NCBI GenBank assembly: GCA_951406725.2 | Contig: OX597824.1 | Location: forward strand, 68,882,001-68,946,000 | Source of the DNA: Octopus vulgaris | Taxonomy: Eukaryota | Length of the DNA stretch: 64,000 bases | Direction: 5' to 3' | Part shown: positions 41,761-58,315 of the stretch, in pieces | How positions within the stretch are numbered: position 1 is the stretch's first letter | Layout: the number at the start of each line of letters is the position of its first letter | The notes under the pieces: generated by a model | Told to the model about the DNA's origin: nothing | The model's database searches: none | Seen by the model: the letters and a program-made list of their open reading frames with translations, nothing else | Position numbers and translations under genes: made by a program

Positions 41761-42006
41761 TACAGTTCTGTATTTAAGAGATGAGGAATTATGTACATTA
41801 TTTACATTCGACGGATATTTCTCCTCATCTTTTTGTTGTTAACACAACGTTTCGGCTGAAAGACCCGCCAGCCCTCTTCAGGTGTCTTGGGGAAATTTCG
41901 AACCTGGGTTCTCATTCCTAAAGTATTTTTCGATGTTATTATTATTATTGTTATTATGAGGACAAAGAAGATGAGAACAAATATCTGTCGAATGTAAATA
42001 ATGTAA
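41761..42006 (-). mobile_element. Penelope-type non-autonomous element with inverted end, 13-bp TSD and hammerhead
   Basis: ATCTGATTTACAA at 41748-41760 and 42007-42019; ~38-bp inverted arms at 41794-41831 and 41968-42005. Confidence 0.8.
41841..41886 (-). ncRNA. Minimal type I hammerhead ribozyme (Penelope-type)
   Basis: Minus strand: gacac-CUGAAGA-g-ggcug(10 nt)cagcc-GAAA-cg-UU-guguu; canonical core, 5-bp stems I and II, palindromic ACGU stem III. Confidence 0.78.
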
Positions 42007-42054
42007 ATCTGATTTACAAGTCTAACAGCGTTGACTTAAGAGCGATAACAATTG

Positions 42055-42752
42055 GTCCAAGTTTTGACCCAAGAGCAGCAATCTAGGGGAGGAGGTAAGT
42101 CGAATACATCGGCACCAGTGTCCAGATGTTACGTATTTTAAGATAAAAGGCAGAGTCCATCCCACCGGAATTTGAACTCAGAACGAAACGCCGCTTAGCA
42201 TTTTCCCCGGTGTGCTAACGGTTCAACCATCACGCCGATGGTATAATTATCGAAAGGCTAAAATAATCCTTTCCATTATAGGAACAAGGCATGAAATTAA
42301 GGAAAGGGGTTAAGTCGATTACATCGACCCTCGTACACAAATGGTACTTACTTTATCGACCCCGAAAAGATGAAAGAAAGGTAAAGTCGACCTTGGTGGA
42401 ACTCGAGCTCAGAACATAAAGACGGTTGAAGTACCGCTAAGCATTTAGTCCGGCGTGCAAACGGTTCTGTTAGCTCGCCGCTGGAATAATTATCAGCGAA
42501 GTATAAGAATGCTACGTATAATGAAGTCGAATCAAGTTTAATAATATTGGTTTCAAATTTTGGTACAAGGCCAGCAATTTAGGGGGACGGGGTAAGTCGA
42601 CTATATCAAAACCCAACGCTCAACTGGTACGTATTTTATCGACCCCAAAAAAGCGATAGAAAAAATATCAATCACCAGCGGAATTTGAACTCAGAACTTA
42701 AAGATAGACAAAGAACTTTTGTCCGGCGTTTTAACGAATCTACCAGCTCACT
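42055..42752 (-). mobile_element. Three adjacent SINE family A copies (42055-42240, 42263-42482, 42547-42752)
   Basis: Each has the reverse-complement core and head. Confidence 0.8.
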
Positions 42753-42848
42753 GATAGATTAAGTATCAAACAAATATAATAATATTAAGTATAATGATGG
42801 CGAATCAAGTTTAGTAATATTGAGGATGTTAATAATATTTAGTGAATA

Positions 42849-43245
42849 TCTTTATATATAAAAGTCAAGTTGTGTGTCTGTCTCCTACGATTTAGATTCC
42901 TAACTACTCCCACATTTTCCGGTGCAGTTTAACCAAAACCGGGTATCTTATAGTCGTGATTCATATCGAGCTCTTCTGAGTATTAGCGCGCGTCTACAAT
43001 GAGTCTACGATTTAAAAAATAATTTACCATAATTTTTTTCCATTTTAATGCAATTTTTTTAGCTATTATATAAGGGAAGTAACTGTCTAAAAATGTCTAC
43101 GATGAGTCGACGATTAAAAAATAATTTACCATCATTTTTTCCCATTTTTAATGCATTTTTTGGCTATTTTTGGCTATAACTCTCTAAAAATGCTTATATA
43201 GTTATTTCCCTTACAAACCCGAGCAACGCCGGGCGATACTGCTAG
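42849..43245 (+). mobile_element. Non-autonomous Helitron
   Basis: 5' TC start (TCTTTATATATAAAAG) after A; 3' CTAG before T; subterminal hairpin CCCGAGCAACGCCGGG at 43218-43233; internal ~100-bp tandem duplication; no TSD. Confidence 0.85.
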
Positions 43246-43769
43246 TGATTAATAATGTTGAATTACGAAGTCTAATAATGTTGAGTTAAAAATTAAAATA
43301 CTGTTCAGTTAACAGGCTTAATAAGGTTTAGAAATTAAATAATACTGAATTATTCCTATACAGATAACTTACGTTTAATATTTGTTGCCAACAGAGGGTG
43401 GAAAAAAAAAAAAAATAAAGCGTTTCTACAAACATATAGTTACCAAAGTTTCTTAAAGACTTAGAAACATTATCAAGGATTGGTATTATATAGGAATTAT
43501 ACATTACAAAAACGAAGTCGTTGGCGATTTACGCTTGAAGGTTGTTTTGGGTGATGAGAAGAAAGATGCGGAGGGAGAATTAGGAGAGGAAAAATATAAA
43601 ATGTCTTTGAGAGGCAGAGAGGAACTTATTCAGGAGAATGGGTTGTTATGGGCAACGCATCCTCTTCAAGTAATCATATCCTGGACGTCACTTACATACA
43701 TTCATATGTATTTATGTATAGAATTATATATATATGGGGGGGGGGGGTGTGTATGTGTGTGTATACATT

Positions 43770-43849
<80 letters not shown>

Positions 43850-44095
43850 CGTATGTATGTATGTATGTATGTATGTAAAATATGCATGCATACAAATGAA
43901 TTGAGTTTGTATATATGCATGTGTGTGTGTATGTGTGTGTGTGTGTGTGTGTGTGTAAATAGGCCAAATAAAATATATTCAAATGGTGCTCATGATCACA
44001 ACAACAACAACAACGAACAAACAAACAAACAAAAGAAGCACATCTACATTTCAAACTTACCGATTCCATAAAGGTGATATGGACAAATGTATATA

Positions 44096-44160
<65 letters not shown>

Positions 44161-44901
44161 ATACACACACACATTGCTGTTAAATTCAATCAATTGTAAA
44201 TAAAAGCCCACCCAACTCCAGCGATCATCGTCACTCAATTTCTGTACATTTGCCTCTATTTCCGCTGCCAGATAGATACAAACGAAGAAACGGCATATGG
44301 GGGTGACGAGATCGGGGAGGATAAGTCATTGTGAATATAAAGTGTTCATAAAAGAACTGTATGATCATGATGATAACAGTGATTTTTCCTTCCCCTTCTT
44401 TAGATGTAGGATAGAGAAGAAAAAAGATGTCCATATGAGGAATGTATATATTTTTAAAAGGAAAGAAACCGTTTATATAATACGTATATGTATATATATA
44501 TATATGTGTACGTGAATGCATATATGTATATATGAATACGTTTGTAAATTTATATACATATATATATATATGCATGTATGTATATACCTATATGTATGTA
44601 TATATAATATAAAAAAATATAAAGTGTAAATATGAACGCTAGTTTTAAATATACATACATATATGCTACTAAGTGTAAATATATAAATATACATATACAT
44701 TACATTATACATATATATGTATATTTACACACACACACACACACACAAACATACGCATATATATATATATATATATACATACGCAAGCATATATCATGAG
44801 ATGTAGACAAACATGATTTGCATACACATTATGTATATAAATATATACATATATATGTGTGTGTGTATGTGTGTGTATATATGTACGCGTGTGTGTGTAT
44901 G

Positions 44902-44934
<33 letters not shown>

Positions 44935-45132
44935 GCATATATATATGTACATATATACATAATCCATACATACAGACAGATCTACCCATCTACCCGTGTA
45001 TATACGTATATATGTTCCTATGTATAACTGTATACACAAACACACACACGCACATACCACTCACATACACGCACATATATGAGTATATGAACACATATAT
45101 GTACATAAGCATATGTATACGCATATAGATAC

Positions 45133-45167
<35 letters not shown>

Positions 45168-45170
45168 TAT

Positions 45171-45212
<42 letters not shown>

Positions 45213-45428
45213 ATATTTATGCATGCACGCATACACACATACACACTCACGCACATATACGCAAGCGCATACACACACACACGAACACACACACATATAG
45301 CACGCGTAGTATGTATGTTTGTGAATGTGTGTGCATGCGTGTGTATGTGTGTGATTTGTGTGGATATATTTATACAATCCTTACTTATTATACGCTTTGG
45401 TTTCTTACCATCAGCCATAAAGAAACAC

Positions 45429-45482
<54 letters not shown>

Positions 45483-45672
45483 ATACATTCACACTTATAA
45501 TATATATGCTAATTTTGTTTACATATTTATATCATATTTATAAATTTAAGAGGAAGCACACACATACACACATATCACACACACACAAACAGACACATAC
45601 GCATACACATACATTCATACGTCAAGTCACGCATACATACAATACATACTGGCGCAGATATAAATATATACT

Positions 45673-45784
<112 letters not shown>

Positions 45785-46012
45785 TAAATATATATGTATG
45801 TATATATATAAATCTATAAATATATATATACATATATAAACATATTTATATGCATATACATATATACAATTACACATATATTATGTGTGTAAATTATATA
45901 TATATATATATATATATGCGTGTGTATATATTCATACGTGTATGTGTATGGTGTCTGTATATGTTTGTCTGCGTACGTGCTTGTATTCGCGTTTAAAAGA
46001 TGTATGTTTAGT

Positions 46013-46200
46013 AAAATATGGCGGTGTCTTTCTCAATCTCTCGCTATAAATCTATCACAACATATGAAAAAGTTCAAGCATGGCAAGATGGCGGATGTGT
46101 TGTATGAGTGGCGGGAGGAAATATAAAAGGCTGCGTGAGAGGAAAGACCGGACGGGTGTGGTGGAGCGAATCACAAATAAATACACAAACAGACGAAACA
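46013..46200 (+). promoter_or_regulatory. Candidate TATA promoter with YY1-type motifs
   Basis: AAAATATGGCGG ~46013, CAAGATGGCGG 46084-46094, GGCGGGAGG 46110-46118, TATAAAAG 46122-46129, followed by CA/A-rich UTR-like sequence. Confidence 0.4.
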
Positions 46201-46458
46201 ACGGAAACAATAATAATAAATAAATAAAAATAAACAAACAAACAATAATAATAATAATAACAATACTGATAATAATAACGATAATAATAATGACAATATT
46301 AATATTAATAATAATGATAAACAAATAAACAACGATAACTAGGAAAACAAACAACGACTATAATAACAAACAACAAAATGATATTCAATGAACTCAGATA
46401 GAAAATTGAGATCATTTTTAAAATTTTTATTCAGGATTTTATCCTTTTTTATTTTTCA

Positions 46459-46556
<98 letters not shown>

Positions 46557-47294
46557 TAATAACAATAAATATAATAATAATAATGCGATGTCAAGAAATG
46601 ACATCCTTTTATCGTCTGGTTCTTTGAAAATTTTTCACTTGAACGTAAGAGGAAGTTTTCAATATTTATAGATAGATGACTATCAAATGACTCCTTTCTT
46701 TTCTATTCTTTCTTCCTCTCTATCCTTCTTTCCTATTTTTTAAATTTATTTTATCCTTCCTTTCTCTTTATTTCTCTTATTTTTTTATTTTCTTACTTTT
46801 AGTTATTTTTATTTACTGATTTTAAAATTTTCTTTTCTTCTCTGTCCGTTTATTTTACAATATTTTTTTTTCGTTCATTTTTACTTCTTGAGTTTTCTAT
46901 GTCAGTTTATCTATCATTCAAATTTTGTAACTTGTTCCTTTCTCTCTTTTTCTCTCTTTTTCTCTCTCCCCCCTCTCTCTCTCTTTCCCACTATCACACA
47001 CACTCTCTTTCTCTCATATTCCTCACCTTTTTTCTTACGCGCATTCCGCATTTCTAAATATCCATCTATCTATCGATTAATCTATCTATATATCCATATA
47101 AACCTACATATACACATACACAGATATATGTGTGTGTTTGTGTGTGTGCACGTGTGTGTGCGTATGTGTACTTATTCACAATCGCAAGCGTTCATACGTA
47201 CACATACAATAACATACACCTTAATATGTTTTTTTCATATATTTTTGTTTTTACCTCCTAATCTATCTCTGTATCAATCAGTTTCTCTATTCGC

Positions 47295-47399
<105 letters not shown>

Positions 47400-47400
47400 G

Positions 47401-47444
<44 letters not shown>

Positions 47445-47494
47445 GCCTGTCTATCAATATATAGCTGTATTCTCTCTGTCTGTCTGTCTGTCTC

Positions 47495-47546
<52 letters not shown>

Positions 47547-48157
47547 CATATATATATATATATATATATGCATGCGTATGTCTGTCTATATACGTAAATG
47601 CTTCTCTATATATGTATATATGTGTGTGTGTGCGTGCGTATGTGTATATACACACATCATCATCGTTTCTGCCATATTTTCACAAAAAAATGTAGTATAA
47701 GCGTTATATATAAGTGTGTATTAATTTTCTGCTCTATGAATACATGCTTAAGAATCACTAGTTTTTCTATGAACATACCCATGTATGCATGCATGTATAT
47801 ACGTATGCACGCATGAATATATGTATGCACGCATGTATGTACGTACGTATGTAATGTATGTATGTATGTGTGTATGTATGTATATACGTATGTATGTACG
47901 TACGTATATAATGTATGTATGTATGTATGTATGTATGTATGTATGTATGTATGTATGTATGTATGTACGTGTGTATGCATGTATGTCTGTTTGTGTGTGT
48001 ATATGTATGTATGTGTATAAGTATGCATGTATCTATGCATGCATGCATGTAGTTATGTATGTAAGTTATGCATGTATATATATATGTATGCAATCATATA
48101 TATATGTTTGTACATATGAATATACGTATGTGCATATATGTACATATACATATGTGC

Positions 48158-48198
<41 letters not shown>

Positions 48199-48382
48199 CG
48201 TGTGTATGTGTGTGTGTGTTTATATTTGGATATATGCATATGTTTACGTATACACACACACACATATATATATATATGTACGTACGTATGTACGTATGTG
48301 TGTGTGTACCCTTTACTAATTACGCATCCATCTACATAGCTGTATCCGTACTGTCATCTTAATCTCAAGCATTATATTTTAT

Positions 48383-48453
<71 letters not shown>

Positions 48454-48891
48454 ATTATGCATGCATACACGTACATACATGAACACACATCTCCACCCTC
48501 ACAACACATGTCTGTGTGTGTGGACACGCACACGTCTGTCCTTTGGTTTCGGCTAAATGTATACAAACGTTTGATCGTCTGAATTACCTGACCATCAGTT
48601 GTCATTGAGTATTCCGCGGTCACATGTACCCATAACGCGATTTTAGGCACAGTCAACATTTCAGCGAATGGAAAAAGGCTTTGCCTTTGAAGTTCGTATA
48701 TAATACAATCGACGAGCTTTTCTGCAGATTTCTGTCTTTCCAATTTTACTCACAGAATTACAGAACGATAGAAGGCCATAGAATACGACAAATGTTCAGG
48801 ATAAGATGCTGTGCGATCAAATGCAGGACGTACTCTAAGCACTACTACTCCTATATATATATCTATAAATAAATATATATATATAAATATA

Positions 48892-48952
<61 letters not shown>

Positions 48953-49081
48953 ATATATATATGTATGTATGTATATATATATATATGCGGAGAGTTCACA
49001 AAAAGAAAACAAAAGACGAACACACCTGGTGTAGACAACAAACAGATGTATTAGTTTAACGCTCGGGAAGAGAAAATGTCT

Positions 49082-49245
<164 letters not shown>

Positions 49246-49328
49246 CACACATATATATACATTTATTTATATATGTGTTAAATGCATTCATATGCGCCTA
49301 TTTGTGTGTATGTTTGCATATATATTTA

Positions 49329-49418
<90 letters not shown>

Positions 49419-49453
49419 CATGCATACATATTAATATTTGTATACATGCATAC

Positions 49454-49599
<146 letters not shown>

Positions 49600-50016
49600 T
49601 TAATAAAACATATATCAAATGAAGCGCGTCCAAAGTATAGACCAGCAATTGTTACAACAAAAATTTTATATCTTGGACATAGAGTTACCCAACGTTTCGC
49701 ATACACATATGCAAAGCCTTGTGGACAGTCCGTCAGACCGTTTCCTGTTACACACTCACACATAATATCCATATATGGCGATTTAAAATTTGTATTGCAC
49801 ACTAATACGTGATTTTTCTATTTATTTATTTTCAACAGATTTCTTCTTCCTAATCGCAGTTGTAAACTTCATACCAATCCGAATATAATGCCATTATGGC
49901 AAAACCTTTAAATTTGAAGTTGTATTACACATGAATGCTACATAATTCTGAAGATCTCATGACGCCTTTTGATAAGCTATTTCACATATTTTATGCTCAC
50001 CCTCGCGCTTTCTCTC

Positions 50017-50145
<129 letters not shown>

Positions 50146-50167
50146 TAGACAGACAGACAGACAGACT

Positions 50168-50239
<72 letters not shown>

Positions 50240-50262
50240 TTTGGAGATATATTTAAACAGTA

Positions 50263-51419
50263 GCACAATGGCAGCCAGTTGTTAACACGTGAAATGAAAA
50301 GATGCTGTCACTTTTACAATATGTGTAAAACAGCCATTGAGACATTGCCAAGTTTCTACAAGTTGTGCAGACATTTCACATAGAACTGGAAGCCTCTGGT
50401 GAGAATATTCTACCAGTATGAAAGAGGGCAAAGCATTTTCTAAATGTTCGTGTACTATACGGAATGAGTAATTCATTCAACAGTTTCAAAACCTTACCAA
50501 TGAAGGTCCCTGAAAATCAATGAGGGGCATTGTCGAAGAATTTCAGAATGCCCGAGTGAACTGTCAAAACTACGTTACTCGAGAATATTGGATGCAATTC
50601 GAATGTACAGATGAGAGATCAACTGACACCTACAATGTCACGTGAAAACTGATACGTGCCAAGAGTTTATATAACAAGGTTAAAAACCTTTAGGTATATG
50701 GTATATTTTGATTCTTCTCTGATGAAAAGACACTTCAACCAAGACCAAAGCGTCAAGCTGGAAAATGACAGATGGATGTGTGAAGATCCTTTTGATATTC
50801 CCAGAATGATATACACTAGACTCCCAGGAACTGTGAAGGTTTTAGGAGTGGCAAAGTTATGTTATGTCTCCTCATATCTGTGTACAGAGTCTTAGAATCT
50901 ATGCCGCTGGATACATGGTGGTCCTGGAGACAGATGTTGACGTATACAGTGGAAGGATGACGTATACAGTGGAAGGCCATACGTGTGTCAACAAAACTCA
51001 ACACTCTCTCACAGAGCCCACGTAATACAAGAATGGAGGCTAGGCAATCTTTAGGAATATATAACATCTAAGCTGTTGACTCCAAAATTCGCCATATTGT
51101 AAATATCATGGAATACACCACTTGGGAACATTGTTGTAAATGTGAATAAACGACATCATCACAATAGCACGGCTTTACTGATGAGCGCTATTGGCCAGGT
51201 AATGTGCGAACTGAATAAACACCATTTATGGCAGGTATGTCAAAAATTCCCGTCCCACATACATACATCGAAGATGAAAGCAGATTCGGAGAACAATCTT
51301 ATAAGAAGGCTTACCGAGAAGATGAACAAATTTGTTTATTAAGATACATTTGGTTTTTCCTAGGTCAGGGTTGTTTTATTAAATTACAAAATATATTCTC
51401 GAATAACCCTCACACTGTA
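50263..51419 (+). mobile_element. Decayed maT/DD37D-like (Tc1/mariner superfamily) transposon
   Basis: Frameshifted motifs FFSDEK, FNQDQSVKLENDRWMCEDP..IPR...GTVKVLGV, GRPYVCQQNSTLSHRA, NKRHHHNSTALLMSAIGQVMCELNKHHL; 3' end ...cacactgTA. Confidence 0.8.
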
Positions 51420-51447
51420 AACACATACACACACATGCACACACGAA

Positions 51448-52297
<850 letters not shown>

Positions 52298-52346
52298 ATC
52301 TATCTATCTATCTATCTATCTATCTGTCTGTCTGTCTATCTGTCTG

Positions 52347-52385
<39 letters not shown>

Positions 52386-52398
52386 ATCTATCTATCTT

Positions 52399-52453
<55 letters not shown>

Positions 52454-53689
52454 ATCTGCCTATATGGGTGTGTATATATAGTATTTTGTGAGCTTGTGTG
52501 ACGGTGCGTATGAGTGTATGTGTGTGTGTGCGAGTGTGTGTGCACGCATGCGCCTGTATGTTTAGCCCCAGGCACTTATTTGTGTAAAGCAATCATTGGA
52601 TACACAGTAAGATTTATTTATTCTTTTTTTTTTTTAAACTAATCCCTTACCGTTGCCAGCTGAACACAACCTGAACGAAGAACTATATATGCAAAAAAAT
52701 AGTTAAAAATATAAATAGATAAAGGTACGAGCTTAAGAAAAAGGACATCATTTGGCCCATAACCTAATTTAATTTTATAGAGGTATATTTTAGTGCATAG
52801 AAAAACATATACAAGACAATTTTCCATGAGGTTTTCAAAAAGCAAAAATTAAAACCAAAACAAAAATATTTCAGGAGGCAACTGCTAGCGACATAGAGTA
52901 AGAAAAAAGGGAAGTCATTTAAAGAATTTAATGGTTGATTTCAAAGAAAACTGAAATTTATTTACAATTAATTATTTACTTTTGAAATTATTTTATTTTT
53001 TTCAATTAGTTATTGTTGACACTTGACGCTGAGTTTTGTCTTTAACCAACTAAGTGGTAAATTGCATTTTGACGAGAATTTTTGTCGCGTACGTCAATCT
53101 GTACGTCACAAGGTTCACTTTGAAAATTATAAATCATATATTTGTGAGTGTGAGCGTATGTGTATACATATACATATATACACACATAGATACATACGTA
53201 AGACATACAAACACACATACATACATGACACACACATATGTACACAGAGAGATGTTATATATATATGCGTAATATTTATACATATGTTTCTATATATACA
53301 TATATGTATGTATGATATGTATACATATGTATATAAGCATATGTATATCTATATGTGTGTATGTGTATATATAGAGAGATACATAGATAGACAGAAAAGA
53401 GGAAGAGAGAGTCGTAATATAGTAATAGATATAGATAGATTGATAGAGATATACACACACACACACACATGTATGTATGTATGGGTATATATATATATAT
53501 ATTTATACACACAAACACACACACACATATGTGTGTGTGTGGATACTGGGCCATTTGTATATATCAACACATGTGCATATGACCGTATATGTGTATATAT
53601 GTTCTGATATCTGAATTAGCCATCGTGGCCGAGGTCATGTAACAATATACATACAGTCCTTGCAAAAAATTCTGATAATTACTTCCATC

Positions 53690-53739
<50 letters not shown>

Positions 53740-54142
53740 ATCCATTCAAAGATGAAACCATCTAAAACCAATCTACCCACCCATCCACCCATTATTCCAT
53801 TTATCCATCGATCCGTCCGTCCGCCCGTCCGTCCATTTTTCCATTCCTTCATACATCGAGCATATATCTACATTTTTGTCCACCATCCACTCATGTCCGT
53901 CTACATACAATTCTGTTCGTCTATCCATCTGTTTATTCCTCCTTCCATCCGTGCATCCATGCATCCATACATCCATTCATCCATTGAATATCTAAAGACT
54001 ATCATCAGTGTTTCACATAACAGAATGGAAAAGTTTTTATGCAATGGCTGACATACTTGCAGACGACATCAAACTACATTCAGCGCCGCCATTAAAATGG
54101 TACACCATAACAGCCTGTCAACGGAGCACTTTATGCCACCCA

Positions 54143-54187
<45 letters not shown>

Positions 54188-54189
<2 letters not shown>

Positions 54190-54455
54190 GGTAGTGAGCT
54201 GGCAGAATCGTTAGCAACAGAATACTTAACAGTATTTCGCCCGTCGCTCCGATCTGAGTTCAAATTCACGCCGGGAGAGTATGCTTAGCAGCATTTCGTC
54301 TGTCTTCACGTTCCGAGTTCAAATACTGCCTGAGTTGACTTGGCCTTTAATTTTTTCAGAGTTGATAAAACAAGTACCAGTTGAACACTGGGTTCGATGT
54401 AATCAACTAGTCTCCTTCCCACCAAATTTCAGGCCTTGTGTCTTAAGTAGAAAGG

Positions 54456-54458
<3 letters not shown>
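54188..54458 (+). mobile_element. SINE family A within (TTA)n
   Basis: Head with a duplicated B-box region and the core; flanked by TTA repeats. Confidence 0.78.
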
Positions 54459-54517
<59 letters not shown>

Positions 54518-54926
54518 CATAAATTTGCCTTTTGCTTTGTATTTATACAAGTTGATTTATTTCACCCAGAGACCTCAAGGGACTGCAAGTTGGAAGTTCG
54601 AGTCGATATTATGACGATGGTACCATATTTTTGGCTTCATTATTGTTGTTGTTGTTGTTAACAAAGTGGAAGAATCATTATGTCGGTCGACGGAAAATCT
54701 GCTTTACCTTATTCACTCCAAATCAAGTGAGTCTGAATTCAGATCCCGTCAGGATATATTTTTACCTTTCATCAATTGCGTTGGATACATTAAAGCTCCA
54801 GTGAAGTCATGGTGGTGGTGGTGGTGGTGGTGGGGTGATGGTTTCGATCACTCACTCCCTAAACACCTTGACACACATATACAGGCAAGTAAAAATGCAT
54901 ATATCCACAAGCGCGGAATATATATA

Positions 54927-55460
<534 letters not shown>

Positions 55461-55476
55461 GTATTTATATTTGAAA

Positions 55477-55806
55477 ACGCATGGCTCGGTGGTTTGGGCG
55501 TCGGGCTCACAGTCATGAGGTAGTGAGCTCGATTCCCGGACCGGGATGCGTGTTTTGTTCTTGAGCAAGGCACTTTATTTCACGTTGCTCCAGTTCACTC
55601 AGCTGTAGAAACGAGTTACGACGTTGTTGGTGCCAAGCTGTATTGGTCTTTACCATTTCCTTGGATAACATCGGTGGCATGGAGAAGGGAGGCTGTTATG
55701 CATGGGCGACTGCAGGTCTTCCATAAAACAACCTTACACAGTCCTGTGCCGCGGAGGGGAACTTTCTAGGTGGAATCCCATGGTCAGTCACGACCGAAGG
55801 GGGTCT
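55477..55806 (+). mobile_element. SINE family C
   Basis: Matches 11058-11385. Confidence 0.86.
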
Positions 55807-56031
55807 GTACCCTCCACCCTTTTTATGTAAGCATGTATGCATGTATTTATATATGTATGCATGACTGCATGTGTGTGTTATTTTTCTTTTGCTTGCCTAC
55901 AATAAAGTGTGTTATTCTCAGAGATATTAAGGTAGTAAAAAAGACTTTAGCGTCTATTTCTTACGGTGCGTGGTGAGACATAAAGCCGACCCCTTGCAAT
56001 AATTATGTATATAATTATAAAATATTTCATA

Positions 56032-56076
<45 letters not shown>

Positions 56077-56440
56077 GAAAAACAAAAGACGAAGACAGGT
56101 GTAGGAGCAACAAGCAGGTGTATTAATTTAAGGCTCGGGAAAAATGGAAAAGTCTTTTACGTATTCAGCCTACGTTCTTCGACAGAAAGGAATGAGAGGA
56201 AAAATGGAGAGAGATTGAAGAAAACGGAAGGAGAAAAACTGTGTTGTGTTAAGCGGTTCAACATGGCGAGAGGATTGGGAAAAAGAGGTTGAAGGAAAGG
56301 GAGATAATAATGGTGCGCAAGCGCGTGTGTGTAAGTGAGAATGGTGTTGTGAGTGTGTATGCGTCTATGTGTGAATGGGGGCGAGTGAGTCTGACGTGTA
56401 TAACGTGTGTGTGAGTGTGAGTGTGTGGATGTGTAAATGT

Positions 56441-56820
56441 GATCTTGGCATCAATTTTAAAATTCATCCAAGACTTGGCCCCCGTGTTATCCGCCCACTA
56501 TAAAAAGCAAACTCGGTACACATAGCAACATTATGTTACAATTACTTTACCTCAACCGGCCCAGCTCTCTTTAATACCATACCAAAATATGTAAAAACAG
56601 AAACGGATTCCATAAAATTCAAATGTTCACTGGACAAATTTCTTCAAAAAATCCCAGACTAACCTCCTATATCCGGATATGTTTCCAACAATAATAACTC
56701 TTTGCTAGAGTGGGCTACAGTGCCCCATATGAGACTAAAAGACTTCACCAGGTGGTGCCATTGAGTTAGACATGGCCTGGGCCTATACTGGCCGAAACCT
56801 ATCAAACTTATCAAAGTTAT
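56441..56820 (+). mobile_element. CR1-like LINE 3' end (pseudogenised)
   Basis: DLGINFKIHPRLGPR...FTSTGPALFNTIPKYVK...FKCSLDKFLQKIPD*PPISGY...NSLLEW with in-frame stops; short TATCAAA repeat tail. Confidence 0.78.
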
Positions 56821-56933
56821 GTGGGTTGCGTGTGTAGTGAGGGTACCTAGGTGAGCGGTAAGCAGGTGTGTAGCTGGAGGTGGTGGGTAGTTGAATGTGG
56901 GATGTGAGTGGGAATCTGTGTAGGGTTGGTGAC

Positions 56934-56974
<41 letters not shown>

Positions 56975-57864
56975 AAACAGGCTTCTTTCAGTTTTCGACA
57001 ACCAGATCCAATCACGAAGCTTTGGCCAGGCCGAAGCCATACTAAAAGATACTTGCTCAAGGTGCCATACAGTTGGACTGAACCCGAACGCATGTGGTAA
57101 CAAAACAAACTTTCTATCACATATCTACGCCTCCATTTATGCACATACATACATACATACATACATACATACATACATACATACATACATACACACATAT
57201 ACATGCATACATACATTTGGATACACACAGGCACACACATAATTTAGCGCGCTAAATTATTTGTTTTTATACCGCGTTTAATATTTTTATCCCGTACTTC
57301 ATTAGTAAAACTAATGAAAAGTGTTACGTGTAAATCCCCTTCTGGGGAACGAAAATGTTAAAATTCTTTGGATCCACTCATTCAATATATTTTCAATGAA
57401 ATTTTAATTATTTTTACTATCAAAATCTATATTTAATATACGAAACATATGTTAAGCCGATGCTTCTATTTAATATGTTTCGGCTTATTTCAATCAAAAT
57501 GATGGCACTTTTGACTGCATGGTTTTACTAATCTGTGTATATATATATATATAGGTAAATACATACATAAATACATACATATACATATATGCGTATATTT
57601 GTGTGTATGTGTTTATGAGTGTGTGTGTGTGTGTGTGTGTGTGTTTACAAATTAGAGAAAGTATATATTAATATCAATCTGGGCAGTGAGTCTCGAACAA
57701 GTTAAATTGTACAAGTATCTTTGAGCCTGAATCTCTGGTGAAGCCATATTTAAGGATGAAAGGGACTTTTCTACTTGGCTGCACCTGTGGAAATTTTAAA
57801 GTTTAGTGAAAATTTTAATATTTGGTGTATTGATGTAATTTTCCACGCTAAATCTCCAGAGCTA

Positions 57865-58106
57865 TTCTTTTATTCTTTTACCTGTTTCAGTCATTTCACT
57901 GCAGCCATGCTGGAGCACCGCCTTTTGTTAAATAAATCGTGCCCAGGACTTATTATTTGTAAGCTTAGTACTTATTACATCGTTCTCTTTTGCCGAACTG
58001 CGAAGTTACGGGTTGTCAGGCGTTGTTGGGTGGTGAAAAACACAGACATCAAATGCATGCATACATACATACATACATACATACATGCATGCACACACGC
58101 ACACAC

Positions 58107-58158
<52 letters not shown>

Positions 58159-58315
58159 GACGGGCTATTTTCAGTTTCCGTGTACCAAATCCACTCACAA
58201 GACTTTGCATGGCCTGAGGCAATAGTAGAAGACACTTGCCCAAGGTGCCACGCAGTGGGACTGAACACGAAACCATGTGGTTGAGGAGCAAGCTTCTTAT
58301 CACACAGCTGCTTCA
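57865..58315 (-). mobile_element. SINE family B (further partial copies at 56978-57133, 59235-59390, 60500-60690)
   Basis: Reverse complement of the family B consensus. Confidence 0.82.
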
